This document shows positions 1-8,789 of a stretch of 38,735 bases of DNA, in pieces (positions within the stretch are counted from its first letter, which is position 1; every line of letters begins with the position of its first letter). Position numbers and translations under genes: made by a program. The notes below the pieces were generated by a model, which ran no database searches, was not told the DNA's origin, and saw only the letters and a list, made by a program, of their open reading frames with translations. Origin of the DNA: an uncultured Syntrophaceae bacterium (GTDB lineage: Bacteria; Desulfobacterota; BSN033; UBA1163); contig CAZXMB010000003.1 of assembly GCA_964641715.1 (NCBI GenBank), positions 1 to 38,735 on the forward strand. Reading direction: 5' to 3'.

Positions 1-93
1 GGTTTGCAGGTGGCCAATCGGCCATGACCAATTAGTTTGCATTGTTAGGCAGATAGGCTTTGTCCATTTTATATTAACTGCGGTTAATTGTTT

Positions 94-546
94 ATGAAAA
101 TTACCAAAAAGGGGGAATATGCGATGCGGGCCCTGGTGGACCTTGCATTAAACTACAGGAAAGGGATGAGGCAAATTCAAGAGATTGTAAGGGAAGAAGA
201 TATCCCGGAGAAATTTTTAGAACAGATATTAATCATACTTAAAAATGCAGGTTTTATACAGAGCAAAAGGGGCATAGGCGGTGGATATTTTTTAAGTAAG
301 TCTCCTGATGAGATTTCGCTAGGTGATGTCATTCGATTGATTGATGGGCCATTGTCTCCTTTAGGATGTGTGGACACCAATCATGCGAACTGTCCAAAAG
401 AAATAACTTGTGGGATTCGTAGCGTCATGCTTGATGTAGCAAATGCGACAGCAGAAATTTTAGATCGTGTTACATTGGCAGATGTCTGTAAAAGGACAAG
501 AGGCATGAGGGAACGAAGGGCTCAAACCTTGATGTATTATATTTAA
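94..546 (+). CDS. Rrf2-family transcriptional regulator (IscR/CymR-like, probable Fe-S ligand Cys triad)
   Basis: ORF 88..546; the ATG at 94 is preferred over the TTG at 88. N-terminal wHTH MKITKKGEYAMRALVDLA and the GIGGGYFL motif are typical of Rrf2. The Cys triad CVDTNHANCPKEITC has C-x7-C-x5-C spacing. Confidence 0.85.
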   Translation: MKITKKGEYAMRALVDLALNYRKGMRQIQEIVREEDIPEKFLEQILIILKNAGFIQSKRGIGGGYFLSKSPDEISLGDVIRLIDGPLSPLGCVDTNHANCPKEITCGIRSVMLDVANATAEILDRVTLADVCKRTRGMRERRAQTLMYYI

Positions 547-583
547 TTTTTTAATCCGAAAGCCTGTTAGAAAGAACACCTCG

Positions 584-796
584 GTGGATCAAGGAGAAAT
601 TAAAGGGGTGCAAGAAATAATTGATTTTAAAGAAAACGAAAAAAGACTTCTTTCGCAAATTTTAAAAGCGTTAAAGAGTATCCGATACGGTTGCGTCCAG
701 ATTTACATCCAGGATTCCAAAGTGGTTCAGATAGATAAGACCGAAAAGATCAGGTTCGATAGGGAAGGATATTTAAAACTATTAGGTGGAGGGTGA
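584..796 (+). CDS. YezD/DUF2292-family small protein
   Basis: 70-aa ORF. The segment YGCVQIYIQDSKVVQIDKTEKIRF resembles the DUF2292 signature. An alternative GTG start at 608 lies 9 nt after AAGGAG. Confidence 0.6.
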   Translation: MDQGEIKGVQEIIDFKENEKRLLSQILKALKSIRYGCVQIYIQDSKVVQIDKTEKIRFDREGYLKLLGGG

Positions 797-850
797 AAGT
801 TATTTTCTGTAGGTAATTTTTAAAACCATTACGCTGACCAGACAACTGGA

Positions 851-886
851 GGCTAAAAAGACTGAAGTCTTTTTAGCCTTTTTTTT
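851..886 (+). terminator. Rho-independent terminator after yezD-like gene
   Basis: GGCTAAAAAGAC-TGAA-GTCTTTTTAGCC forms a perfect 12-bp stem, followed by a run of 8 T. Confidence 0.75.
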
Positions 887-937
887 ACAGAGTGTAACTT
901 AATCATTCCCTTTCATAATTTTTAGGAGGTGACGAAA

Positions 938-1957
938 ATGGGAGAGTTGATAAAGAAAGGATTTAAGACAGAGGATTGGTTGGCGGTCTGGTTAGGTTTC
1001 CTCATTATTGCCCTGGTCTTAATTGGGGTGAGACCTCAGATGCCGACCTTTAAATGGACAACCGCAGGGGAATTCAGTACTACGGTTGCGGAATCGAAGC
1101 CCAAGCTCCAAACCTTTATTAAGGACGCCGAGACAAAAGGAGAGAGGAGCCTTGCGGTGGCTGCAACTAACTTGAAGAATGCCATTGACGGAGGTAATCG
1201 AGTCGCCATTCAAAGCGCTGCCAAGAAACTTGGAGAAATTGCAAAGACGGTCGAGGACCCTGGCCTCAGGAAAAAAGGGGGGGATCTCAGCAAAAAGCTG
1301 AGCGAGGGGGCCGGGGCCCTCGCCAGTAAGGTATTTTCAACGGGGAATATCCTCAAGTCTGTTTACATTGGAGTCGGATTTCTTGTCATCACCATGATTG
1401 GGATAGTGATGATGGGTGGTAAGGTGAGTACCTTTATCATAGGCTTCCCGATTGTCTATGGCCTCGCCTGGTTCTCTCAGTTCATCGCAGGAAATGCCAC
1501 AATTAACTATTTGGGATTTGAGTATGTCATCTTCGCCCTTCTGATTGGCCTCTTCATCAGTAATATCATCGGTGTGGCTGCGCTTCTCATTTCTATCTGG
1601 TGGGCATTGAAAAAGGGGAAGCAGTCCGGAGAGCGACCAAGTATCAGAGTGATCTGGGAACGGTTCCCCAAGTTTGTTCTCGGATTCTTGGTTTCTTCTT
1701 TCGTCTTTTCATTCCTACTCGATCCGAGACTCGTGAAAGAGACCAAGGGGATACTTAGTGGGGTCAGAACATTTTGGTTTGCTCTTGCCTTCACCTCTAT
1801 CGGGCTGGAAACGCGTTTCACGGAGCTTTTCAAAATGGGTGGAGGCCGGCCAGCTATCGCCTTTATTGGAGCCCAAACCTTTAATGTTATCTGGACGCTC
1901 CTATTGGCATATCTTCTCTTTGGTGGATTCATTTTTCTAGCGCCTGTAATTAAATAA
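938..1957 (+). CDS. YeiH/UPF0324-like membrane protein (putative sulfate/sulfur-anion exporter family), atypical architecture
   Basis: ORF 929..1957; the ATG at 938 lies 9 nt after AGGAGG. The C-terminal block FPKFVLGFLVSSF..FWFALAFTSIGLETRF..AFIGAQTFNV and the LIGLFISNIIG motif resemble the family. The N-terminus has one TM helix followed by about 90 hydrophilic residues. Confidence 0.5.
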   Translation: MGELIKKGFKTEDWLAVWLGFLIIALVLIGVRPQMPTFKWTTAGEFSTTVAESKPKLQTFIKDAETKGERSLAVAATNLKNAIDGGNRVAIQSAAKKLGEIAKTVEDPGLRKKGGDLSKKLSEGAGALASKVFSTGNILKSVYIGVGFLVITMIGIVMMGGKVSTFIIGFPIVYGLAWFSQFIAGNATINYLGFEYVIFALLIGLFISNIIGVAALLISIWWALKKGKQSGERPSIRVIWERFPKFVLGFLVSSFVFSFLLDPRLVKETKGILSGVRTFWFALAFTSIGLETRFTELFKMGGGRPAIAFIGAQTFNVIWTLLLAYLLFGGFIFLAPVIK

Positions 1958-2027
1958 CGTTATTGAAGAGGATGAAATCTTTAAGAAAGAATCAAATGAT
2001 AAATCATTGAAATTTGAAAGGGATCAC

Positions 2028-3359
2028 ATGAAATTACATTATCTACCAATGGGTTTTAACCTGAAGGGGAAAAAGGTAATCGTCATTGGTGGAGGAGATG
2101 TGGCTTCAAGAAAGGTCCATAAATTATTATCGGCAGGTGCGAATATCACCGTCCTATCTCCTGTCCTCTGCCCTGACTTAAAAGAGTTATCCAACTCAGG
2201 GATGATCGAACACAAGAATTTGAGATTCTCTCCAGAGGCCCTGAGAGATGCGGATATGATCATTGCAGCCACCTCCTCTAAGGAGGTCAATGCGAACGTT
2301 TCAACTCTTGCACACGAAAGAAAAGTTCCTGTATGTGTTGTCGATGATCCATCCATTTCAGATTTTATCTTTCCTGCCACCTCCTCCTTTAGAGATTTCG
2401 TCATAGCCATATCAACGGATGGAAATCATCCTGGGATTTCTTCAAGGATTAGAGAATTTGTTGACGATCACAAGGACGAGCTCGAAATCAGGGTGATTTC
2501 TGGGAAACGTCATCAAGAGAAGAGAGAAAAAGGCGCTAAAGTCTATCTTATAGGGGCCGGACCAGGAAATCCAGAGCTTTTAACCATCAGAGCCCTTGCC
2601 TTGATTAAAAGTGCTGATGTGATCCTTAAAGATTACTCGGTCCCAAAGGAAATTATCAGATTTTCAGGTACCTCGGCTAAGGTGATATCGCTACGGCCAT
2701 CCGAAAATAGAGCCACCCATGGATCGAAATTTCGACAGCAATACCTCAACCAATTAATGGTTCGTTTTGCCATCGAGGGGAAGAAAGTAGTACGGCTTAA
2801 GAACGGAGACCCCTTTGTGTTTGGCAGAGGAGGAGAAGAAGTCGAATACCTTGTATCTCAAGGCATTCCCATTGAGGTTGTTCCGGGAATTACTACTGCT
2901 TTGGGGGCGGCAGCCTCCATATTTCTTCCGTTGACTCATAGAAAATTTGCCTCCACATTGACTCTGATTACAGGGCAAGAGGACATGGATAAAGATAGAG
3001 AAACAACCGATTGGAAGAAGCTTCCTAAGAATGGGACGATTGTCGCCTATATGCCGGTTAAAAATGTACAGGAGCTCCAAAGCCATTTAACCGAAGCGGG
3101 TTTCCCTGACGAGACACCTGTGGCCATTGTTGAAAAGGCTACCTATCCCTCTCAGCGGGCATTCCATTCTGTTCTCTCAAAACTGTCACAAACTGTGAAA
3201 GAAAACAGGATAGGTTCCCCTGCCATTATGTTCATAGGTGAAACGGCGAAAATTTCTTATATTGCTTTGGAATCTAACTCTATCACCCCTGTCTACCGGC
3301 TGGCAGGCTTCGCCTCTCCCAACAGGGAAAGGGAGGGAGTGAGGGGAAAATACATTTAA
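2028..3359 (+). CDS. cysG: Siroheme synthase: precorrin-2 dehydrogenase/sirohydrochlorin ferrochelatase fused to uroporphyrinogen-III C-methyltransferase
   Basis: N-terminal Rossmann motif GKKVIVIGGGDVASRKV. The C-terminal half has VYLIGAGPGNPELLTIRAL..DVIL and RLKNGDPFVFGRGGEE (SUMT motifs). ATG at 2028 is preferred over the TTG at 2007. Confidence 0.85.
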   Translation: MKLHYLPMGFNLKGKKVIVIGGGDVASRKVHKLLSAGANITVLSPVLCPDLKELSNSGMIEHKNLRFSPEALRDADMIIAATSSKEVNANVSTLAHERKVPVCVVDDPSISDFIFPATSSFRDFVIAISTDGNHPGISSRIREFVDDHKDELEIRVISGKRHQEKREKGAKVYLIGAGPGNPELLTIRALALIKSADVILKDYSVPKEIIRFSGTSAKVISLRPSENRATHGSKFRQQYLNQLMVRFAIEGKKVVRLKNGDPFVFGRGGEEVEYLVSQGIPIEVVPGITTALGAAASIFLPLTHRKFASTLTLITGQEDMDKDRETTDWKKLPKNGTIVAYMPVKNVQELQSHLTEAGFPDETPVAIVEKATYPSQRAFHSVLSKLSQTVKENRIGSPAIMFIGETAKISYIALESNSITPVYRLAGFASPNREREGVRGKYI

Positions 3360-3373
3360 GGTAAAGGATAGGA

Positions 3374-5701
3374 ATGTTTGAACTGCCAGAAAAAGTAAGA
3401 AGAGATATCGAAGACTACAGGAAATATCTGAATGATTTTTTGGCCTCAAGAATGAGTTCAGACCGCTTCAAAGGAATACGTGTCCCTTGGGGAATTTACA
3501 GTCACCGGGGCGGAAAGATATTCATGAACCGGATCAGGATTCCAGGAGGATGGGTTGGACCAACTCAGCTCAGGGCGATTGCCCACGTTGCCCAAAAATA
3601 TGGTAACGGTGTTGCGCATCTTACAACCCGTCAGGACATTCAAGTCCATGAGGTGAAGATCGAAGATACCATAGAGGTGATTGATTATTTAAAAGAGGTT
3701 CAGCTTTCTCCCAGGGGAGGAGGAGGAAATACAGTCAGAAATATCACCTCTTGTCCTCTCTCCGGAATCTGTCCGGAAGAGATTTTCGATGTCAAGAATG
3801 ATGCGATCTCTCTCAGTGAATATCTTCTGTGCCAGGATACGTCATATAATCTCCCCCGTAAATTTAAGATAGCCTTTTCCGGTTGTGCAAAGGATTGCGC
3901 AGGTTGCTTAGCCAATGATTTGGGATTTTTGGCTCAATATCAAAACCATCAAAGGGGGTTTAAGGTATATGTGGGCGGAGGCATGGGGGCAGAGCCCCAA
4001 ATAGGTCAGTTGCTGGAGGAGTTTATCCCGGAAGAGGAGTTAGGCTACTGTGTCGAGGCGACAAAGAATGTATTTCATTGGAATGGTGATCGAAAAAATA
4101 AACATCGTAACCGCTTAAGATTCCTGATTGAGAAGATTGGCATTGCAGAATTTAAAGGCCTTTATGAAAAAGAACTTCAGAGGTTAAAAGAAAATGAAAA
4201 GATCGTTTTAAAAAAGGTAACCTCTGATAGAAAATTCTTCGGAGCCGATGGAGAATTCCATAAAATAGACGATGAGGAATTCAAAACCTTTCTTCAATAC
4301 AATGTCCGTCACCAGAAACAGAAAGGGTTTTCAAGTATCGAGCTACGTATCCCACAGGGAGATATCACGGCCAAAGAATTATCCGAGCTCGCAGATCTTG
4401 AAAAACACTTTGAAGGAATTGAATTTCGGACTTCTTTCAAACAGAATATCTTTATCTGCTGGGTACGTCACCAAGACCTATACCAGTTATTCTTAAAATT
4501 AAAGGGAATTCTTAAGGACTTTCTTTATCCCAATACCCTTTTGGATGTGGTCGCTTGTAAAGGAGCGTCGACTTGTAACTTAGGCCTATGCAATTCTCCC
4601 GGGTTAGCAAAAGAAATAGAGGGAATGATTAAATCGGAATTCATAGGCACAGACATATTTAAGGATCTTGAGATAAACATAAATGGTTGTCCGAATGCCT
4701 GTGGCCAACACCCCTTGGGGAAACTTTCATTTTACGGAATAGTGAAGAGGGGGGATCATCGCCCGGTTCCGTTCTATAAATTTCTATTGGGTGGAAAAAG
4801 AGAGGCGGAACACACTCGGTTGGCTCAGGAGATAGGGGCTCTTCCTGCAAGGAATGTCCCGAATTTCTTAAGGCTGTTCCTTAAAAGGGTCGATGAGATG
4901 ATCCATGAAAAAAAGGGGGCCCAAGGAATCGATGATCTCTTAAGAAACCAGGCAAGAGAGATTGCCATGCCCATCTTAAAAGATTTTTCCCAGGTCCCAA
5001 CTTATTCCAAAAATCGAGATTTTTACATTGACTGGGGTAAGACAAAAGAATTTTCTTTGGAAGGGTTAGGCCCTGGAGAATGTGGAGCAGGAGTGGTTAA
5101 TATGATCGAATCTGATTTGAAGGAGGCCGATGTGGCTTTGGAAGAAGCAGAGAGAGAAAGTTATTCTGCTAAGAAAATCAGGGAGGTTATATTTTTCTCA
5201 AGCCGGTCCCTTTTGGTCGTAAAGGGCCAAGATCCTAAAAACGAGGAAGAGGCCCTTTCCCTGTTCAAAACAAAGTTCATAGAAGAAGGGATCGCCTCAG
5301 ACCTCTATTCAAACATAGAGGATATATTCAAAAGCATTCATGGCGAATTGAGCATGGAAGAGAAAAGGGAAAAATTTCTTTATGCAAAGGGATTTCTATC
5401 ACATATCCATCAGCTCTATCATGAGATGGACCCTTCCTTCAATTTTCCCAGGAGAAGAGAGAGGACAGAAGGACCTATCGCTCATCATCTGGACTTAAAA
5501 GGGGCAGGTTGTCCGATCAATTATGTGAAGGCGAAACTATTCCTGGAGAATCTGAACCCCGGGGATGTCCTGGAGATCTTCCTTGACGAAGGCGAATCCA
5601 TCAATAATGTCCCTCAAAGTTTGAAGAACGATGGGCATGAAATCCTTGGTATCGAGAAGCAAGATAGTTTTTACCGGGTTGTAGTGAAGAGGTCTGATTG
5701 A
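3374..5701 (+). CDS. Ferredoxin-type (assimilatory) sulfite/nitrite reductase fused to a C-terminal TusA/SirA-like sulfur-carrier domain
   Basis: NiR/SiR ferredoxin-like repeats (IRIPGG..LTTRQDIQ). Siroheme-[4Fe-4S] Cys motifs CKGASTCNLGLC and NGCPNACGQHP. The last 74 aa (5477-5698) are LDLKGAGCPINYVKAK..GDVLEIFLDEG, a TusA fold. Confidence 0.8.
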   Translation: MFELPEKVRRDIEDYRKYLNDFLASRMSSDRFKGIRVPWGIYSHRGGKIFMNRIRIPGGWVGPTQLRAIAHVAQKYGNGVAHLTTRQDIQVHEVKIEDTIEVIDYLKEVQLSPRGGGGNTVRNITSCPLSGICPEEIFDVKNDAISLSEYLLCQDTSYNLPRKFKIAFSGCAKDCAGCLANDLGFLAQYQNHQRGFKVYVGGGMGAEPQIGQLLEEFIPEEELGYCVEATKNVFHWNGDRKNKHRNRLRFLIEKIGIAEFKGLYEKELQRLKENEKIVLKKVTSDRKFFGADGEFHKIDDEEFKTFLQYNVRHQKQKGFSSIELRIPQGDITAKELSELADLEKHFEGIEFRTSFKQNIFICWVRHQDLYQLFLKLKGILKDFLYPNTLLDVVACKGASTCNLGLCNSPGLAKEIEGMIKSEFIGTDIFKDLEININGCPNACGQHPLGKLSFYGIVKRGDHRPVPFYKFLLGGKREAEHTRLAQEIGALPARNVPNFLRLFLKRVDEMIHEKKGAQGIDDLLRNQAREIAMPILKDFSQVPTYSKNRDFYIDWGKTKEFSLEGLGPGECGAGVVNMIESDLKEADVALEEAERESYSAKKIREVIFFSSRSLLVVKGQDPKNEEEALSLFKTKFIEEGIASDLYSNIEDIFKSIHGELSMEEKREKFLYAKGFLSHIHQLYHEMDPSFNFPRRRERTEGPIAHHLDLKGAGCPINYVKAKLFLENLNPGDVLEIFLDEGESINNVPQSLKNDGHEILGIEKQDSFYRVVVKRSD

Positions 5702-5783
5702 CATAACGTTTACCCCGTAAGACCTCTGGTCTCTTACGGAGTTTGCCGATGGAGGAAAAGGGGATAAATGCCGGGGGTTTAAT

Positions 5784-6620
5784 ATGAATCTAAACGAAGA
5801 AAAAATTGAAAGATATAGCCGTCAGATCCTTCTGCCTCAGATTGGAGGTAAAGGCCAGGAGAAGCTTCTGGCATCCAGAGTACTTATTGTTGGAGTCGGA
5901 GGTCTGGGATCCCCAGTGGCTGCTTATCTTACCGGCGCAGGGGTGGGGACACTGGGGATTGTAGATTCAGACGAAGTGGAATTGAGCAATCTTCATCGAC
6001 AGATGATCTATTCTTCTGATGATATTGGAAAGAAGAAGGCGATGGCCGCCCAGCATCGTCTTCAAAGGATGAATCCCGACGTAAAAGTGGTTCCATATGT
6101 TTCGCGGTTGTCTTCAAAAAATATTATGGAAATTATTAAAGAGTACGATATCGTGGTGGACGGAAGTGATAATTTCCCCACCCGATACCTGGTTAATGAT
6201 GCATGTGTGATTGCCAAAAAGGACTTAGTTTTTGGTGCTTTTTTCAGATATGAAGGACAGGCCATGGTGATCAAGCCTGGAGAAGGCCCATGTCTTCGGT
6301 GCATATTCCCTTCACCCCCTCCGCCTGGATTGGTCCCTTCATGTCAAGAAGCAGGTGTGCTCGGAGCGTTAGCAGGTGTCATAGGATTGATCCAGGCGAC
6401 CGAGACCTTAAAGCTTATTCTTGGAATTGGTGAACCCCTTATTGGGAAATTCCTTCTATTCGATACCTTAGAGATGAGTTTAACGAAATTGAATACGAGG
6501 AAGGATGAAAATTGTCCTATCTGCAGCAAGAACCCATCGATTCGGGAATTGGTCAATTATGAAGAATTTTGTAAATCAAGTGCCTCACCCCGCCTTTCTG
6601 TCCATGAAGTGGACTTTTAA
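5784..6620 (+). CDS. ThiF/MoeB/HesA-family E1-like adenylyltransferase (sulfur-carrier protein activating enzyme)
   Basis: YSRQILLPQIGGKGQEKL, the nucleotide loop VGVGGLGSP, and D..ELSNLHRQ. Two CxxC pairs (CLRC, CPIC). No rhodanese domain. Confidence 0.85.
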   Translation: MNLNEEKIERYSRQILLPQIGGKGQEKLLASRVLIVGVGGLGSPVAAYLTGAGVGTLGIVDSDEVELSNLHRQMIYSSDDIGKKKAMAAQHRLQRMNPDVKVVPYVSRLSSKNIMEIIKEYDIVVDGSDNFPTRYLVNDACVIAKKDLVFGAFFRYEGQAMVIKPGEGPCLRCIFPSPPPPGLVPSCQEAGVLGALAGVIGLIQATETLKLILGIGEPLIGKFLLFDTLEMSLTKLNTRKDENCPICSKNPSIRELVNYEEFCKSSASPRLSVHEVDF

Positions 6621-7669
6621 AGAACACATACATGAGGCTCGTTGCTGGCAACCACTTCTCCAACCTGAACAGCAGTTTTAACGCCTGCCCTTTTCAATTC
6701 AGTGACCAGCCGGTCGGCCTCGGCAGAAGGAACAGAAAGCAGGAGTCCTCCGGATGTCTGAGGATCGAAGAGAAGTTCTTCTTCCTCTCTTGAAAGCTCT
6801 CTGATTTTCCTAAAGAACCCTTCGGCCAATTTTCTGTTGGCCTTGTTGCTCCCTGTTGTTTCGCCCTTACGATACATTTGGAGGGCATTTGGGTAGAAAG
6901 GAAGTTTATCGTAAAAAAGATTGATCTGGACTCCACTTCCCTTTGCCATCCCTAAGGAATGGCCGACGATACCAAATCCCGTTATATCGGTGCAAGCATG
7001 AATATCAAAGTTCAAGGCAATTTCTATCGCTTTTTTATTGAGAAACGCCACCTCGTGAAGAATAACCTCGAGGTCACGCCACGGCAGTTTCTTGGAACGG
7101 CATGCATTAAACAAAACACCTGTCCCAAGAGGTTTGGTCAAGATCAAAACATCCCCTTCTTTGGCACCACAATTGGTAAGGATGCGATCAGGATGAACCA
7201 CTCCTGTAACGGCCAGGCCATACTTGGGTTCATTGTCATCGACTGAGTGGCCGCCTGCAATGGAGGCGCCTGCCTCAGAAACCTTGTCACATCCTCCACG
7301 GAGTATCTCTCTTAAAATACTCGCATCGAGTTTTTTAGTCGGATACATGACAAGATTTAGGGCAGTCAGAGGTTTACCTCCCATGGCGTATACGTCCGAT
7401 AACGCATTGGCACCAGCTATCTGCCCAAACCAATAGGGGTCATCAACCGGAGGCGTAATAAAGTCCACTGTACTGATTAAAGCCAGATTATCTGACAGAC
7501 GATAAACAGCCGCATCATCACTGGTCTCAAAACCTACCAGGAGATTTGGATCCTGAGAAGGCTTCAATGCTTTCAGCGCTTCCGACAGATCTGTCGGACC
7601 GATTTTAGCCGCTCAGCCGCAGGTGCGGGAGAGCCCCGTTAAAGTCTTCTTTTTTCTGAAAAACGCCAT
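6617..7669 (-). CDS. selD: Selenide, water dikinase (selenophosphate synthetase), selenocysteine-containing form
   Basis: The ORF track gives 6617..7567 from an internal TTG. The same frame extends upstream as ATG(7669)-AFFRKKKTLTGLSRTCG-TGA(7615..7613)-AAKIGPTDLSEALKAL. The TGA aligns with the catalytic Cys of E. coli SelD (GAGCGCKISP). GAGGTG lies 4 nt upstream of the ATG. The body has DAAVY, TVDFITPPVDDPY and GANALSDVYAMGG. Confidence 0.9.
7577..7615 (-). promoter_or_regulatory. Sec-recoding site: UGA plus SECIS-like hairpin
   Basis: On the minus strand the sequence is UGA GCGGCUAAAAUCGG U-CCGACA-GAUC-UGUCGG-A. The 7-bp stem starts 15 nt after the UGA (palindrome at 7582-7597). Confidence 0.6.
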
Positions 7670-7741
7670 AATTCACCTCGATCTTTACCCCCCTTATCCC
7701 TCTTTATAAACCTGCAGAAAAAGTAGGTACTGCTATTCTCA

Positions 7742-8758
7742 TTAGAGTTCCTTAAAAGTGATAGTATACCCTAAATTAAATCCAAATAGATCATCTAATG
7801 CCTTCCCGTCAGCCTCTGCATAGGGGTACATGAAATAGTTTAACCTTCCGCCTTTCTGAGGGGGATCAAGGATGAGGTCTCTACCAATTCCGTAGGATAT
7901 TCTACTTGCATCTACAGCGCCAAAATAATATTCCCTGTATTCTTTCTCCTCTCCCAAATTCAGTTTCTTCTCAAGCATGATCTTTCTTACATCAGACGGG
8001 TCAATCGGCACCCAGCCGTATCCGGGAAGATAGAACTCCGCCCAGCAGTGCTGGGTTTTTGTCATATCCCCCTCTTTTCCATTTGGGATTCGAATACCGA
8101 AGATCTCTCGTGAAGGGACGCCAACGCTCCTTGCAAGTGCCACATAGACAGAATGAATATCTCCACATTTACCACCCAAACTTTTTAGAAGCTTTTCCAC
8201 TTCTCCCATTCCGCAACCTTTAATCTGGGGATCACGATACATATTATCCACAATCCAATCATAAATCGCTCGTGCTTTGGCAAGGGTTGTCCTTTTACCC
8301 TTCGTAATATTTTCGGCTACTTCTCTAACCTTCCCGCCAATCGGGCTAAGACTTGTTGCCATCAGATATTTTTCAAATTCCTTTTGGTTAAATGGTAGTT
8401 CGTCCTTGGAAAAGCCCTTTTTTACTACCTCCTTTCTCTTTATCTTAAAAGTATAGGTGAGAATTCTTTCCTTTACAGGGCTTTTCCATTCTGCATAGAG
8501 AATCGAATTTCCGAATCCCTTTTCTCTGTAAATACCTTGTTTGGAATAATTCCCACTAATCCTCACATCCTCTATTGCCTGGTTTTCATCGGATACCGGA
8601 TATGGAATCCAGAGCCTCACATCTTTTGAATTCTCTGGTGCTTTAAGATTGATCTTAAAGATCACCTCTACGCTTCTCACTTTTGCCTCAGAGGAAGTAA
8701 AAAGGAAACATATGACAACCAAAATCAGAATAAAGCGTATAACCTTTTTCTTTGGCAT
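7742..8758 (-). CDS. Transglutaminase-like (Cys-His-Asp cysteine protease fold) exported or membrane-anchored protein
   Basis: ORF 7742..8788; the likely start is MPKKKVIRFILILVV (ATG 8758) after GGAGGT. Hydrophobic signal/anchor sequence. Catalytic motifs GGKCGDIHSVYVALARSVGVPSR, HCWAEFYLPGYGWVPIDPSD. Confidence 0.8.
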   Translation of the reverse strand: MPKKKVIRFILILVVICFLFTSSEAKVRSVEVIFKINLKAPENSKDVRLWIPYPVSDENQAIEDVRISGNYSKQGIYREKGFGNSILYAEWKSPVKERILTYTFKIKRKEVVKKGFSKDELPFNQKEFEKYLMATSLSPIGGKVREVAENITKGKRTTLAKARAIYDWIVDNMYRDPQIKGCGMGEVEKLLKSLGGKCGDIHSVYVALARSVGVPSREIFGIRIPNGKEGDMTKTQHCWAEFYLPGYGWVPIDPSDVRKIMLEKKLNLGEEKEYREYYFGAVDASRISYGIGRDLILDPPQKGGRLNYFMYPYAEADGKALDDLFGFNLGYTITFKEL

Positions 8759-8789
8759 AAAATTACCTCCTATGAACTCACAGTGCATC

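Noticed and set aside
1-87. Possible divergent gene starting at minus-strand ATG 25..23 (MADWPPAN..) and a TTAAC-TGCG-GTTAA palindrome (74-87) as an Rrf2 operator.
   Set aside because: Only 8 codons are visible before the window edge, which is not supportable. The 5-bp palindrome is too short to distinguish from chance.
5702-5783. Bulged hairpin CCGTAAGACC-TCT-GGTCTCTTACGG between the sulfite reductase and the E1 gene, considered as a terminator or attenuator.
   Set aside because: There is no T-tract, and the genes are probably co-transcribed. It may modulate mRNA stability, but nothing distinguishes it from an incidental stem.
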